The notes: generated by a model from the letters alone, not told the origin. Shown: positions 22,466 to 34,596, counted from the stretch's first letter. The stretch: DNA of 49,638 bases from Amoebophrya sp. A120 (GCA_905178155.1 CAJINV010000023.1:754775-804412); one strand, 5' to 3'. Program-made: numbers and translations.

Positions 22466-25400
22466 ATGTCCAAGCTTTCCCCACTGCTGTATGTCTGCGC
22501 AACCCTGGGTTGCGTTTTTGCTTTCCGTCAGTTACTGTGGCAGTCTGGGGGTGGCAACCAGGCGGCATCCTGCGGTAGCGGCTACTTTCTGCGCGAGGTG
22601 CGCTCGTCTGGAACTTCGCCGCAGCTCCTGCAGTCCGGGACCACTATTTCAACACTCCAATCTATCGCAAGAAAAAACTGTTTCACTGTGAACTTGTGAT
22701 GCATAGAATGGAACACTTTGTCTTGCTACACCTGCAAGGCATGGGATTTTGAAGCGTGTTTTCCCTTTGAAAGCGCGTATGGCAAATTTTCTGTGTCGTG
22801 TGCAGCAAACTTGTGATGCGGATCTTGCAAAACCATCACAGTGAAGCAGTTTTTTCGTGGGATACAATCGCAGAAACCACAGCAATCCGAAAGCGGCCAA
22901 ACACAAGGAACGAGCTCCAAAGCCGCAACAGAGCAGGGGCAGGCAACAGCGGGAATCAAGCCACAACAACAAGACCTTGAAAAGAAGATAATCACGACCC
23001 CGACTGCAACAAAGGCCGCATCCCCAAACTCCGCCACAGATGGTTCCGCCGTCCCGCTTGGAGAAGAGGCCGCAAAACTGTGGGCCGACGAGGCGGACCC
23101 AGCTGGGGGCGGGGGCGACGGGAAAAAGAGCAGGCTCGGGCCGTTGTCGTGCGACAAAATCATCGCAAACCATGCAAGTGCCGACGAGGGTGTCGCGTAC
23201 GGGTACTTCAAAAAGGTGAAGGAGGTCTGCGGCGACTTGTGCAAAGTCGAGGACGTGAGCGAGATGAAGGCGGGCGCGAAAAAAAACTTCCACGCGGTTA
23301 TGACCTGCTCAAACGTTACAGTCTCAAACGTCACAATAGAGTCTGGATTTTGTCTTGCATGAAGCGCATGAGGAACTTATGTAGAGTTGCGCCTTTCGCA
23401 ATACAAATTTCGCCAGATATCAATGGGGTTTTGGGTGCAGAAACTTGCCATGCGCAAACCTATGGGACTACGGTAAATCATGCACTTCCTGCATCACAGA
23501 TTTCCATATTCTATTGTAACGCTTGAGATTGTAACACCTGAGCAAGTTATATCGGTCCGAACGAGTGTGGCACCTTTCAACTGTGAGTATCGTAAGGAAA
23601 AGTCCCCCCTCCCCATAGCGAAAAGGAGCGCCTCAGGGAATTTGTGATGCTGATTTGTGACCACAAATGGTGTTTGTCTTGCAAGAAAGCATCGACGTAG
23701 ACTCCGACCCATTATTCAGGCGGTTTGTAATGCTGTCGGTCCTACAGCGTAGAAGACGTTCCTCATGCTAAGTGCCTAGGCCAAAACCTCTCCGCATTGG
23801 CATGGTGTGGGCCTGCAGTCCTCTACTGCGAGCCAAGTAATGACTTGTGTACGCAAATCCAGCATCACAAAGTTTTTTTTCGATATGGGGAGGGGGATTT
23901 TTCCTTTTGATAGTGAGAAGCTGATGAACATGCCGTACGCGGACTGCCCAGCCGGCGCACCGAAAGCTGCGAAGGTCATTCCGCAGCTGTTGAAGTGGGA
24001 TTACACCCTCGGCGGCAAGGTGCCGATCAAGAGCGCGTATTTTTCCCATATCATGGCGAAAAATCATTAATTCCCCGCCCCACCCTCACAAGAAAAAAAC
24101 TGTGATGCAGAATCAGCCCTGTCTTGCAGCAAGAAACCTTCTGCGGGCGCACCCTGCGTCTACTTTTTGGGGATTTTCTCGCAGTCTAGCTCTTCCGCGT
24201 GCTAGACGTTCTTGACTCGGTAGGCAAATTCGCGTCACAGATTGCCTGCCCATTGCTTCCTTTCGCTCTTGCTTCCCAAGTATGCAAGACAGAGGCGGAA
24301 CTTCTTGCGGACAAAAATCAACAGCGCAAATCTTTCCTGTGATGCGGTTGCAATGGAGGGAGGGAAGCTTTTCCTCAGGATGTCCTAAGTAAAGTTTAAC
24401 ACGAAGAGAGATACGCCAAAAACCTGGACCAAGGAAATGCTGCAGGAGAGCGCCGAAAAATGCCGCACGGGGAGGCTCTCCGGCACGTACGGCGTTCAAC
24501 CATCAACCAAGATGTTCGAAGCATTTGCGGCCGCGCCGGGCACAAAAAACGGGACTGTGTTGGTCATCGGCAGCGAGACGCCCTGGGTGGAGGCGTGTGC
24601 CCTGGGTGCAGGTGCGAAGCAAGTGATCACATTGGAATATGGGGTGATCCACTCCGAACACCCGAACGTGAAAACCATGCTACCCGGAGAATTCTTGGAG
24701 GCATGGAAGACCGGCGCGCTGCCGAAGTTCGACGTCGTGTCCAGCTTCTCCTCGCTTGAACATTCCGGACTGTATCCACTGTGAGTAAAAACCAATAGTA
24801 CCAGACCCATATTTTTGTCACTGTCAAGGGTTGGCGATAAAAATCAAAAAGCTGCTGCTGCCGTCTAAACGCTGCATGAAAGGTTTTCATCCGAACGCGC
24901 AGTGTAGTCAAGCCTGGCAGTTGATGTAGCTGCCGCGTCCGAAATGATTATGCTCGTTTTTGGCTCGTGACTAGGGCATGACAAAATCCCCCAAAAACGA
25001 CTACAAAAACCCGTCAATGGGGAGCCGTGTGCAAAGTTCTGCTGGGTGGAATGTAAGTTTGCGTGTAAATATGTCTGTAGGGGCGTGCGTTTTTCCACAG
25101 GATGGACGGGGCCGATATGGCGACGCATTGAATCCATGGGGCGACGTCTTACAGGTAGCGAGGTCGTGGTGTGTCACGCGCGACGGAGGCATATGGAAGT
25201 GTCAGGATTAGAGAAAGCGACAAAGTAGTTGAAATGATTTGCAATGCATAAAATCGATACGAGTCGGGCCCTCAGCTTCTCAGTGGCGCATGACAAGTTT
25301 TGGTAGGGCGGAAATCCAGTCTGTCGCGGTGTTTGGGCAAAGAAGACTGCTTCTGTCATGCTATTCTTAGCTGCTCTATTTCTATCCCTAAACAGGCTGA

Positions 25401-26552
25401 AGTATAATCGGCCCCACATACCGACTGTCCAAGACACGCGCTGTGTGGCAAGTAGTTTCATTGTGTACGTTGCAAGGTTTTGCTTCAGCTTTATCGATTT
25501 CGATCCTGGCACTCTGATAAGGCAACCTGGTGGCATCCCAAGGAAACATCCCTCCTCCCCATATCGAAAAGGCATGCCTTTGCAAATTTGTGGTGCTGGA
25601 TTAGTGATCACAAATCGTGGCTGTCGTGCAAGAGAGCAAGGCCAGTAGAGCTTGCGCCGCATTATGCAGGCGATTTGTAATGGTACGGGTCAACAGGGCG
25701 ACAGGGCGGACGTCTGTCATGCTAGGCGTATACCTCATTCAAAACATCCCTGCCCAGGTTTTTTATTTGGCTGCAGTCATCTACTGCAAGGCAGCGCTGC
25801 TTTGTTTACACACGTCCCGCGTCACAGATTTCCTTTTTGATGGGGGGAGCAGGATTTTTTCATTTTGATAGATGGTCGGCTTGCCTGCGGGTGCTGACTC
25901 GCTGCTCTGGACCGCACATCGCCTGTACGGACCAAAGCGATGGCCTTACATTGGCACTAACTGGAAGCAAATCACTATCCTGTGAAAAAACTGGGCCCGC
26001 GCCCCATAGTCAAGTGGGGAACTCTGCAGTACAAATGCACGAATCTATCTGGGAGGCACGCAGGACAAGTTTTTGTCTGTAGTGTACTACTGCACCAGTT
26101 TAGCAGAGATAAGGGCATCTTCACAAGCCCATCTGCTGATCCTCGATCTTCTATAGCATTACAAATTGTACCAAATAACGACTAGAACCGGATGCTTCTC
26201 ACGGGGATGCGCATTACCAGCATTCCTGTAATTGCAAATCTTTGTGCTGATATCAACTTTGCTGGGGCGGGGACGTTTTTCCTCAGGATAGTCATGTCGC
26301 GAGGAGGTGGCGTCGGGCATATCACCAACATATACGAAAAACCGTCTCCGCCTACTATAAGCTGCTCAGGTGTTAAAATCTCCAGCATTGCAGTAGCGGA
26401 TACTGTCTTGGGGACAGTATCCGAACTCTCTCGCAACATTTGGGACTGTAACACCTGAGCAGCTTATACTCACCTCCGGAGGGTCGGCCCGTGTGCTGCG
26501 CGCGATTTCGCCAACATCTTCTCCGCGCGAGAAGGTAGATACTTCTTCGTGA
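22466..26552 (+). CDS. DUF268-family methyltransferase-like protein with N-terminal anchor; 9 non-canonical introns (last exon/stop uncertain)
   Basis: VLVIGSETPWVEACAL; ITLEYG; FDVVSSFSSLEHSGLGRYGDALNPWGD; GGNLVVGLPAGADSLLWTAHRLYG after excision. Confidence 0.85.
22663..22864. mobile_element. TIR introner
   Basis: Perfect CAATC; TTCACTGTGA/TCACAGTGAA inverted repeat; 207 nt. Confidence 0.9.
23299..23551. mobile_element. TIR introner, family E
   Basis: Long imperfect TIR (~40 bp); GCGGT/TCGGT; 258 nt. Confidence 0.88.
23588..23912. mobile_element. TIR introner, family A
   Basis: Perfect GTGAG; 330 nt. Confidence 0.95.
24049..24382. mobile_element. TIR introner, family A (decayed)
   Basis: TCCCA/TCCTA; 339 nt joins to the frame of ORF 24437. 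Confidence 0.82.
24773..25104. mobile_element. TIR introner (decayed)
   Basis: GACTG/GACGG; 337 nt restores the EHSGLGRYGD motif. Confidence 0.88.
25192..25519. mobile_element. TIR introner, family D
   Basis: Perfect AGGCA; 333 nt. Confidence 0.9.
25534..25870. mobile_element. TIR introner, family A (5' end CATC)
   Basis: GGTGG/GATGG; 342 nt. Confidence 0.88.
25976..26290. mobile_element. TIR introner, family C
   Basis: ATCAC/GTCAT; 320 nt. Confidence 0.87.
26356..26468. mobile_element. Miniature TIR introner, family E
   Basis: Perfect 20-bp TIR TATAAGCTGCTCAGGTGTTA; CCTAC/CTCAC. Confidence 0.87.
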
Positions 26553-27650
26553 TGGAGCTGGCGTCTCCCTTTTCGCAGGGTCGTAGCAGCCGATCTGCAG
26601 TTTCGGGCTTCCACTGTGAGTGCGTGCTTTTGCCACTATTGCAAGTTCTTACCTACGAAGCCGCGAACTCGTGGCCGCGTAACATGAACATGAAGGAACA
26701 AGCAGGAAAGTCGTAATTGAAAACAAGCAAATAACAAACACACAAGCAAAATAGCGCTTAGCTTGCCGCAGAGGTGCGAGCACAACGTGATGAAGAATTA
26801 TGGGCAGTTGTATTTTTCCTATTCAATGATTGTAGTCGCATTCGAGCAAGGGCCCAGTGAGTGCGAGATACGCTGCCGCCTACTGGTGCTCCAGGTTGGA
26901 GAATGAACTGACCTGAAGGCGCAATATTCCCTTTGGAATCCAGGACGTCACCTGCCCAAAAAATGTATTTCCACAGGGGAGAGCACATTGTAAGTTTTGT
27001 GCAGCTTTTGGTTGGATCCATACACCTGTAGCGCACGCCCGCGGGCCCTTTTCGAGTTTTCCCCACGGCTTGCCTGCAGTTCCATAACCAGCGCACGGAG
27101 CTCTTGGAACTGTTCCGAGTGAGTGCCCCAATTGGGATTGCAACCCGCCAGCACGCGTGGCGAATATGCAGCAAGGCATGTGCTGCTTACAATATACACT
27201 TGCTATGCTGTCCAGCCGCCAGGAGGTCCCCTTTTCATATGTGTTTTCACCGCTGCTAGTTTTGCACGACCAAAGGCGGACGTCTCTCTGATGCAGAGCA
27301 GCTTTTTCAGGCGGTCAGCATTGCAAGACCAGTAAAAGCCGTGCACTAGTTGAAAAACCAAACAGTTTAAATCCACAGGAACTTCCGGCAGTGGTCATTT
27401 TCCACTTGCACCTCGCGGAAAGAAGCATGTGAGTGCAACATGGACATGGTTAAGTGTCACCTCGTAGTGGTATTTTGCTTCCTTCGTCGACAACAACGCT
27501 CTCGCTTGTGCGTAGAAACAACGCAAATAACCTGCAACGAGGTTGTAGGAGGAGTCTAGTGCCTTCTCTCTCTATGTAAGAGCAAGATGCATTTAGTGTA
27601 GTAATTCCATCATCGAAAACGACGCTCATTTATGTAGCAAAACAAGCACC

Positions 27651-30318
27651 ATGGTAGCCGCAGCACCACCTTCCCGCTTCTTCAACACAGCCACAGTATC
27701 TACACTGCTTGCGCTTCATCTTTGGTCGTCCTTCTGCCTCCGGAGGCCGTTCTGGCGACCGAGTTTGCAAGCCGACACCAAGGAGGCGCACCGCTTTGGA
27801 TTTGCGTCGAAAAAGGAAGCTCCAACTCCTAATCCAACTCCAGCCGACGGGGAGGCTACAACACCTGGAGTTGCAGGCGCTGCTGCGCAGCAGGCCGGCG
27901 GTAAAATTGGATTTCCTACGGAAGTGGATACGACGCTCGCTCCGAGCACTGCGGGAGGCACTCCTGTCACGTCGACGCCATCTTCTAAGAAGACCGCATC
28001 CACCACCTCTGTACAAGCAAGTCCTGCTCCCGCTCCCACTTTCGCCGTCGGCGTCCCTTTGATTCCTCGCGACCTACAAAAAGACCGGCTATCAGTAGGA
28101 AAAATCCCCCATATCGAAAACGAAATTTGTGATGCTGTATTTGAGGACACAAATCGACTTGTAATGCTAGAAGGTGGCCAAGAGACGCAGCTGTGGCCTC
28201 GTCTACAGGCAATTTGTCATGCTGTTTCCCACTTTTAGTTGTTTTCTGTTATGTTGAAGACGCAAAGGTTTATTCCCACGCCAACCAGCACTACAGTCGG
28301 CATCTTTTCCCTTCTAGCATGACAAAGCTGATTTGTGGCCACAAATCTGCATCACAAATTTCTATTTTGAGTATGGGGCGGTGGGATTTTTCACTTTGAT
28401 ACCGGCTACGCGACCTTCTGTACGACTCCGTCGTGAATCAAGAGGTGCCGCCGGAAGAATTCTATTACCATGAAAAATGCCCCCTCCCCATATCACAACG
28501 GAAATCTGTGATGCATATTTGTGGTCACAAATCAGCTTTGTGATGCTAGAAGGCTAAAGATGCGGACTGTAGTGCTGTCTAGTGTGGGAAAGCCTTGCAG
28601 CTCTAGGATGACAAAAGGCAACTGTAAGCGGGAAACAGCATGACAGATTACCTGCGATTTAGGCCGCGCCTTCGTGTCTTGGCCCTCTAGCAATACAAGT
28701 TGATTTGTGTACTCAAATACAGCATCACAAATTCGCGCATCTTCCGTTTCCGATATGGGGAGGGGGGATTTTTCCTTTTGATAAATTCGTGGTCTTCTTC
28801 AGCGGAAAAGTGTCTACTATGAAAGCGGAAGCAGAGCACCAGCAGGCATCGAGCTCGAGCCCAAAGATCCTGCTTTCGGCGGCTGCGAGAGCGGCCGTGC
28901 TGGCTGCGGCGGCAAGGGCAAGAACGGTGGACAGCACGCATCCAATTGCAGTAGTGCCAGAAGCTGCTCCTGCGGTAGCACAAGCACCAGGGCGGTTTCA
29001 CCAGCTTCAAGAGAGTGCTCAGATTTTCAGTTGCCGCACGGAATACAACGCTACCACGGCCGACCGAGCCGTGAAAAACATCGAGGTTGAGACCTGTCGC
29101 GGAAAATTGGTAATCCCGCCAAGGTCCACCTCCGCCAAGTCGGAGGTAGAAGAAAGCGCACAAAAGCAGGTAGCCGTAACACTTCTGTGGGCGAAGCGTG
29201 TGGGGGAAAAACCGCTGGCGCGGTCCTTTTCACCGGGGGTGGGAAGAAACTGGATCGCCCGGGTAGCGGCAAGCGAGTACATCGCTTTTTTGGACAGCGA
29301 TGACTTCGCGTTTCCGGACCGCATCAAGTGGCTCAAAAAAGCGGCGGTGAAATCGGGATTGCCACACCTCATAGCCGCCAGATGGAGCTTTCCGGTGGTG
29401 CGGGTCGTGCGCCATCAAAGTCAGGCTCGCGGAAAAAGTGCAAACGAAGGCCTCCGTGGTCAAGCACAACTACTAGAAGAGGGGTCCGAGGACAAATTGA
29501 TGTACGATTCTGGTGAGTGTTCCGGTTCCTGCAACGGGTTTGGGCCGCAGCTGCGCAAATTCGTCCAAGCTCTCCCGGTGTACGAGCATTCTGCGCTGGG
29601 AGCAAGACAAGGAGAGCAAGCAAGCGGGAGATTGCGCAGGCTGATATTGGTGGGTCATTTCGTCGGCGACGTGCGGGCTGCGAGACGGTATGAGGAAGCG
29701 AAATGGAGCGACCTGTCCCTGAGCGCTCTCTCGGTGCAGTGTGGCGCTGGGGAAACAACTGGCGCACCTGGCAGAACGACGACTGCTGAGACGAACAAGG
29801 GCAAGGGGGAGGACTCTGAATATGTGAAAGTGAACAGAACAGCATCACCAAGTAGTAGAAATTTCGTCGAGCTGAAAGACGGGAAGATGGACTCACAACT
29901 CGCTCTACTAGTATCGGAGCGGTCCAGCACGATCACGGAGGGAACAGATTGCGTGTCCTTGGATACTGAGAACGCCGAAAACCGCGACGTTTTCTTGCGG
30001 TTGACGCCTCACATTTTGAAGCGGTACAAGGAACGGGGAAGGTGGTATCTAGAATGGTATCCCTATGGGCACATAACGGTGAAGCGGGAAGCTGCTGTTC
30101 GGATGCCATACCCCGAGATACCGAAGTATGGAGCGCAGCGCGGCGAAGACCAACGCTTTATCAGCAGAATTCTCACTTCAACTTCTACGACCGCTAGCAA
30201 TCGCATGGCCTTTTTGGAGAACTTGCCGCTCACGGCAAAATACATGGGGCGCCGGAGATCGTCTGCCTCAGCAGTAGCAGGCTCGACTCTTCGTCGTCTA
30301 GACAGAAAAACGACTTGA
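27651..30318 (+). CDS. GT2 (GT-A fold) glycosyltransferase with N-terminal hydrophobic segment; 2 non-canonical introns
   Basis: Reconstructed VGVPLIPRD...LLYDSVVNQEVPPEEFVVF; SPGVGRNWIARVAASEYIAFLDSDD (DxD); GEDQRF. Confidence 0.85.
28090..28401. mobile_element. TIR introner, family A (close relative of 3252-3562)
   Basis: Perfect CCGGC; 317 nt. Confidence 0.95.
28463..28783. mobile_element. TIR introner, family A
   Basis: Perfect AATTC; 326 nt. Confidence 0.95.
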
Positions 30319-30412
30319 GTCCATTGCAAGCGAGTCCGCTGCCGCCTCGAAAGAAATCTGCTGAGAAAAAGATGGAAAAGGCACTATCTTTTCAGTCAGT
30401 GCTTCCGTTTTC

Positions 30413-30948
30413 GGGGCCGCTACGTCAAGAACGACTCAGCAGCACGAATTCGCTGCGTCTTTCCAGACCCAGACATGTTTTCAGTGGATAGAGCAATCGT
30501 GCGGGGCTTGCATTATCTCGAGCGTTCTGAGCCCGTCTTCTACTCTGCAGTGACGAAAGAGGAGCAGTTAAGTACTTATCATTTGTGAAAACGTGCCCAC
30601 AACCCTATAGTCAAATCTAGAACCGCTCCGCAAGACAAATCCAGAACTTTTGGAAGTTGTCGTGCACGATAAGTGTCGATTTGCAGCGTGGTCAGTCCTA
30701 ATTAGGCCAGCTGCAGAACAAACGCAGCCCCTGACAAGCACTAGTGTGTGAGATGACATTTCCAAACACTACTAGAAAAGGGTAAGAGATTTACGACCGT
30801 GCACATACGCATGACAAGAACTCTGGGGTGGGTAAGTTTTTAGACAGAATAGGAGGTTTGGGGACGGGGCCGCGAGATAAATGCTGGGGAAATCGCCGCT
30901 CTGGAAGGGTTTCTGGTCGCTGAGATACCCCATTCACAGGCCTGCTAA
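30413..30948 (+). pseudogene. Duplicated 3' end of the GT61-like gene (copy of ~9779-10319), including a half family B element and the family C element 30577-30851
   Basis: High identity to 9779-10319; extra bases at the exon end shift the frame. Confidence 0.88.
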
Positions 30949-32041
30949 GTCTCTCTGGTCATTGATTCTTGAGCAGCGAATGATCGGCGTCGCTAGCCAC
31001 CCGTCAGGAGCACGACGACAATCGAGGTCGAACGCTTAAACTACACCTACCGGGACGGGAAGCCTTCGCCATCCACGACCGTGCGTGCACAAAGTAGTCC
31101 TCGACAGGTTTATGTGTTACGGCGCAACTTGGCGATCAAGCGCTTCAGGGTGACCATCAACTGTTTGCTGATTGTCCACTACTGCCCAACGCGACCACTA
31201 CTGCGAATAACCAGGACATCTTAGACGCGCTGCACATGAGCTTCACGTAAACGAGTGAGAATGGTACGGCAGCAAGTGTTGTTGGGAATGAACAGGCCGG
31301 CGGGAGCTCTTCCAGCACGGCAAACGCAGCAGACAGTGGCGGTTCGCTAGCGGCTGCGAGCGCTGCGGCAGAAGCGAGTGGTGCGTCTGGACCGGCTTCT
31401 CGCAATAAAGGCGGCGCACAAGCCGCGCCTTCTTCGAAAGGAGCTGCTGCATCAGGTGGAAAGAACGGCGCTACAGGGAAAAAAGCAGGAGCAGCAGTGC
31501 CTGGGAAGAACGGAGCGAAGTCTGCAAAGGGTGCTCCGATCCCTGGCGGAACTTCAAAGGCCGCCCCCGTGCCTCCATCGAAAGGCGCGGCGGTTCCAGG
31601 GGGGAAAGGGGAAGGGCGGGAAGGCGAAAGGAAGTGGGAGGCGGAAGACTCGGGAATTTCATACATGGAAGCAAGTTGCGACCGGTGTTCTGGTGGCAGA
31701 TGCACGATGTGGATGCTGGTATAAGAACTACTTCGACGTTATCCTTGATGCTACTTTGTGTTTAGTAGCTGTGATGTTCTTGCTGTGGTCGAGAGAATGA
31801 AGAAGTCTATCACGTTTCACCGTTCACTGATTTTGCATATCTGTCTTCGTCATCAACCTTGTAAAACCAACACCTCATGAACATGATCTCAGCCTCCCTG
31901 TGGGCCAAGCTACCGAGCGGCAACACCGGCGTCGAGGATACTTATTTCTTCCGAAAAGATGAAACCCCAACAAAACCCGGATGTTCCGAATCTCTCCGCG
32001 GAGAAAATGTTGGCGACGCTGAGCCCGAATTTCGAACAGCT

Positions 32042-32194
32042 TATGAATTGCAAAAGTATCGCACTCGTATAAATGCATTACAAATCTCCTCAGCATGACA
32101 AATGGAACAAACGTCTCATGCTGATTTAGCTTGGCAAAGAAATTTGTCTTGCATAACTGCAAGTACTACGAATGCGATACTTTTGCACTGGATA
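32042..32194. mobile_element. Short TIR element
   Basis: TGCAAAAGTATCGCA/TGCGATACTTTTGCA; CAGCT/CAGTT. Confidence 0.85.
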
Positions 32195-32258
32195 CAGTTT
32201 TTGGAACAGCAATTCCCGGTGACGCAAGCAAAGATCCCAATGCAGGCTTCCGATGCGA

Positions 32259-32481
32259 TATCAAATACAAATGTGTCTGGGTCTGGAAGAGTGGAACTTG
32301 TAATGCTGCCTGCGGATTCTGAAAATATCTGTGCTGCATGAGCAGCAAGAAGAGTCAGCTTTTGGCACGCGGTGAGAGCATCTCCCGTGCGCCCAGCATG
32401 ACAGACCTCACGGGTCATGCAGTAATGCGGGCACCAGCATCCCGACTTCTCGAGACCCAGGAGACATATTTGCATTGGATA
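32259..32481. mobile_element. TIR element, family B
   Basis: Perfect TGCGA; family B termini. Confidence 0.9.
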
Positions 32482-34015
32482 TGCGAACATGCGTTTCATG
32501 GCGACTAGCAACAGTTTGCTGATTGTCCAAGCGCAGCATCTTGCTAGGAGCAAGAAAATATCTGAAGACCGAGTCTATCTGTAGATAGCGGAGGACTCCG
32601 CAGCGCACTATTTGGTTGATAGAATGACCAAGCAAGGCGCTCCGTGAGGTGCGGAGTTCCTATGCTCTCCAGGGTTTGGCAATCGCGGACGCATTTTGTG
32701 TATCGTCTTACTTCTATTTTTCTCTGCTTGAACAAGTTGGGAGACAAAAAAAGACTTCCAACAAGCGAAGGAGCGAAGGCCAAGGCTTCTACTTTCAAGA
32801 TTATGTTGCTGGCACCTCGATGGAAATGTAAAAACATCCCGCGAAGAATGAAAATACGCACATGACAAGTGGAATAATCTCCGCGGAGGCGGAGGTGAGA
32901 AAGGTCTGAGCTTAGCACGGACGCCTGACTGAATCACTTGTGTTGTTGGTGTCTTTCATCCTGACAGTGCTTCATCTCTACAACTCCTGGACGATGCTTT
33001 ATTATTGCTTGGCTTGCGAAATGATTTCGGTTTCGCTACCTACGCCTGGACTTGGCTCGCTCCTCCGGCTTGATAATGAAGAGGCGGTGGGGGTGCAGCA
33101 TCCGAAAATAAAGAAACCGTGCCCATTAATATCGTATCAATGCTAATACTGCTTGCAGTAGCAACATGCAGTAGCAACACATTGTAGAGAATCTAGAGAA
33201 AATTTCTCTGACGCTATTGCGGATTGCTTTGAAGATCAACACTTTCCTGACGTCTTCGTTTTTCCGTGTATTCCGTAGCGTATCAACTACATGCAAAGTG
33301 GAAGCTTTTGACCTCTGACGCCTGTTTTTGAAGACTGCGTATTAGGATAGGCTAGTAATGCTCCCGCGTAAAAGACTCAAAACCCGACCCAGAGCGAACA
33401 CAAACAGGAAAAAGATCTTCAAATGAGAACAAGAGCAAATAACATAAGCGGGATGACAAGAGCAATAACAATAGTGAGGGAACAGACAGAAGACGCAATA
33501 CCGATGGCACGCATGATATGAGCGCAAATCCTCAATCAGTCTTGATGTTCGTAATCCACAGGCCTTGACTCATACGAAGTAGTTGTACATGGGATATTAA
33601 AAAGCGGATACCCAAATAGAAGACTTCAGATCCAATCGAGAAGCCTCTCCGAGTTCCTGCAAACAGGACGCGTCGAGTATTGCATGCACCTTCGGCCGTG
33701 TGCGTGTCGCATAGAAACTATTGTAGCAGAAGTGGAGAGAGAGTAACACTATTTGTGGCAAATTCGTTTGTCGGAGTTGCCTTTGTCACAAGTAACACGA
33801 GACCACGGCGCGCCGTCTTCCCAGCACGAGTCCCAGCAACATCTAGGCCAACTACATCATGCAAGGGGCGCGCTTCTACACCTGCAAAGAGCCGGACGAC
33901 CGTTCTTCGTCCCGCGACGGTACTTATACTACACTGTAGCGCTTTGCGTGCTCATTCGCTGGCCGCATAACCTTCATAGTTTTTAGACCGCATGAAGTTG
34001 CAAACTCTGCAAGGA

Positions 34016-34273
34016 TACACATTGCAAATACGTCTGGATCTGAAACACTCCAGCTTGTCATGGTAAATCTGGACCGCGAAAATATCTGTGTTGCATGAAC
34101 GCCAAAAGTCGTGAGCTTTTTGCTATGGAAGCTGCGACCTTTCCATGCGGACTGGGCATGAGCTTGCTCTTGCAAAATCTGTGATGCTTCTGTGTGCATC
34201 CGAGATAAATAATCCACGAGATGCATGACAAACACGCACAGTATTCCAGACCCAGACAAAATTGCAATGGATG
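34016..34273. mobile_element. TIR element, family B (host frame unresolved)
   Basis: AAGGA/AAGCA. Confidence 0.8.
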
Positions 34274-34330
34274 AAGCAGTTTCCGCTGTGTCAGCCTGTA
34301 TGGTTTAAGTAATCCTTTTTCTCTTTTGAT

Positions 34331-34596
34331 TATCAACTGCAAATATGTCTGGGTCAGGAAGAATCCAAAATTGTGATGCGTGTTGCAGATCATACAAAGA
34401 CTTGTGTTGCATGACCAGCAAAGGATGCCCCCTTTTGGCCATGCTGAGAGGGCATTTCTCATGTGGATAGGCATCATAAAGGGTCTACAGAACCTGTGCT
34501 GCTAGGCACTGCATTCCAGACTTGAGGAAGCTTCTTGAAAACTGCATGAGAAATCTCGGAATCTTCCAGGAGACCCAGTCATATTTTCATTTGATA
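34331..34596. mobile_element. TIR element, family B (host frame unresolved)
   Basis: TTGAT/TTGAA. Confidence 0.8.

Larger units (their letters stand above)
31179..32509 (+). pseudogene. Captured gene fragment, Gly/Lys/Ala/Pro-rich, possibly a formin FH1-FH2 junction; carries its own introners
   Basis: PVPPSKGAAVPGGKG then, after a frameshift, KGGKAKGSGRRKTREFHTWKQV; no clear start or end. Confidence 0.4.
30949..33052 (+). repeat. Copy of intergenic 10320-11102, interrupted by a 1.33-kb insertion (31179-32509)
   Basis: 30949-31178 matches ~10320-10584; 32510-33052 matches ~10566-11102. Confidence 0.88.

Noticed and set aside
24772-25100. Canonical GT...CAG intron
   Set aside because: Removing these 329 nt shifts the frame, loses GLGRYGD and reaches TGA within about 10 codons; the 337-nt non-canonical excision restores the motif.
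3252-28783. CRISPR-like repeat/spacer array from recurring GGGGAGGGGGATTTTT and TCTGGGTCTGGAAG motifs
   Set aside because: They are inverted termini of 200-350 bp elements at irregular spacing; no cas genes; eukaryotic context.
1-30318. Prokaryotic polysaccharide operon disrupted by IS/MITEs (pseudogenes)
   Set aside because: Frames and catalytic motifs remain intact across 43 insertions, many visibly aged, implying ongoing function; anchors and long intergenic regions are eukaryote-like.
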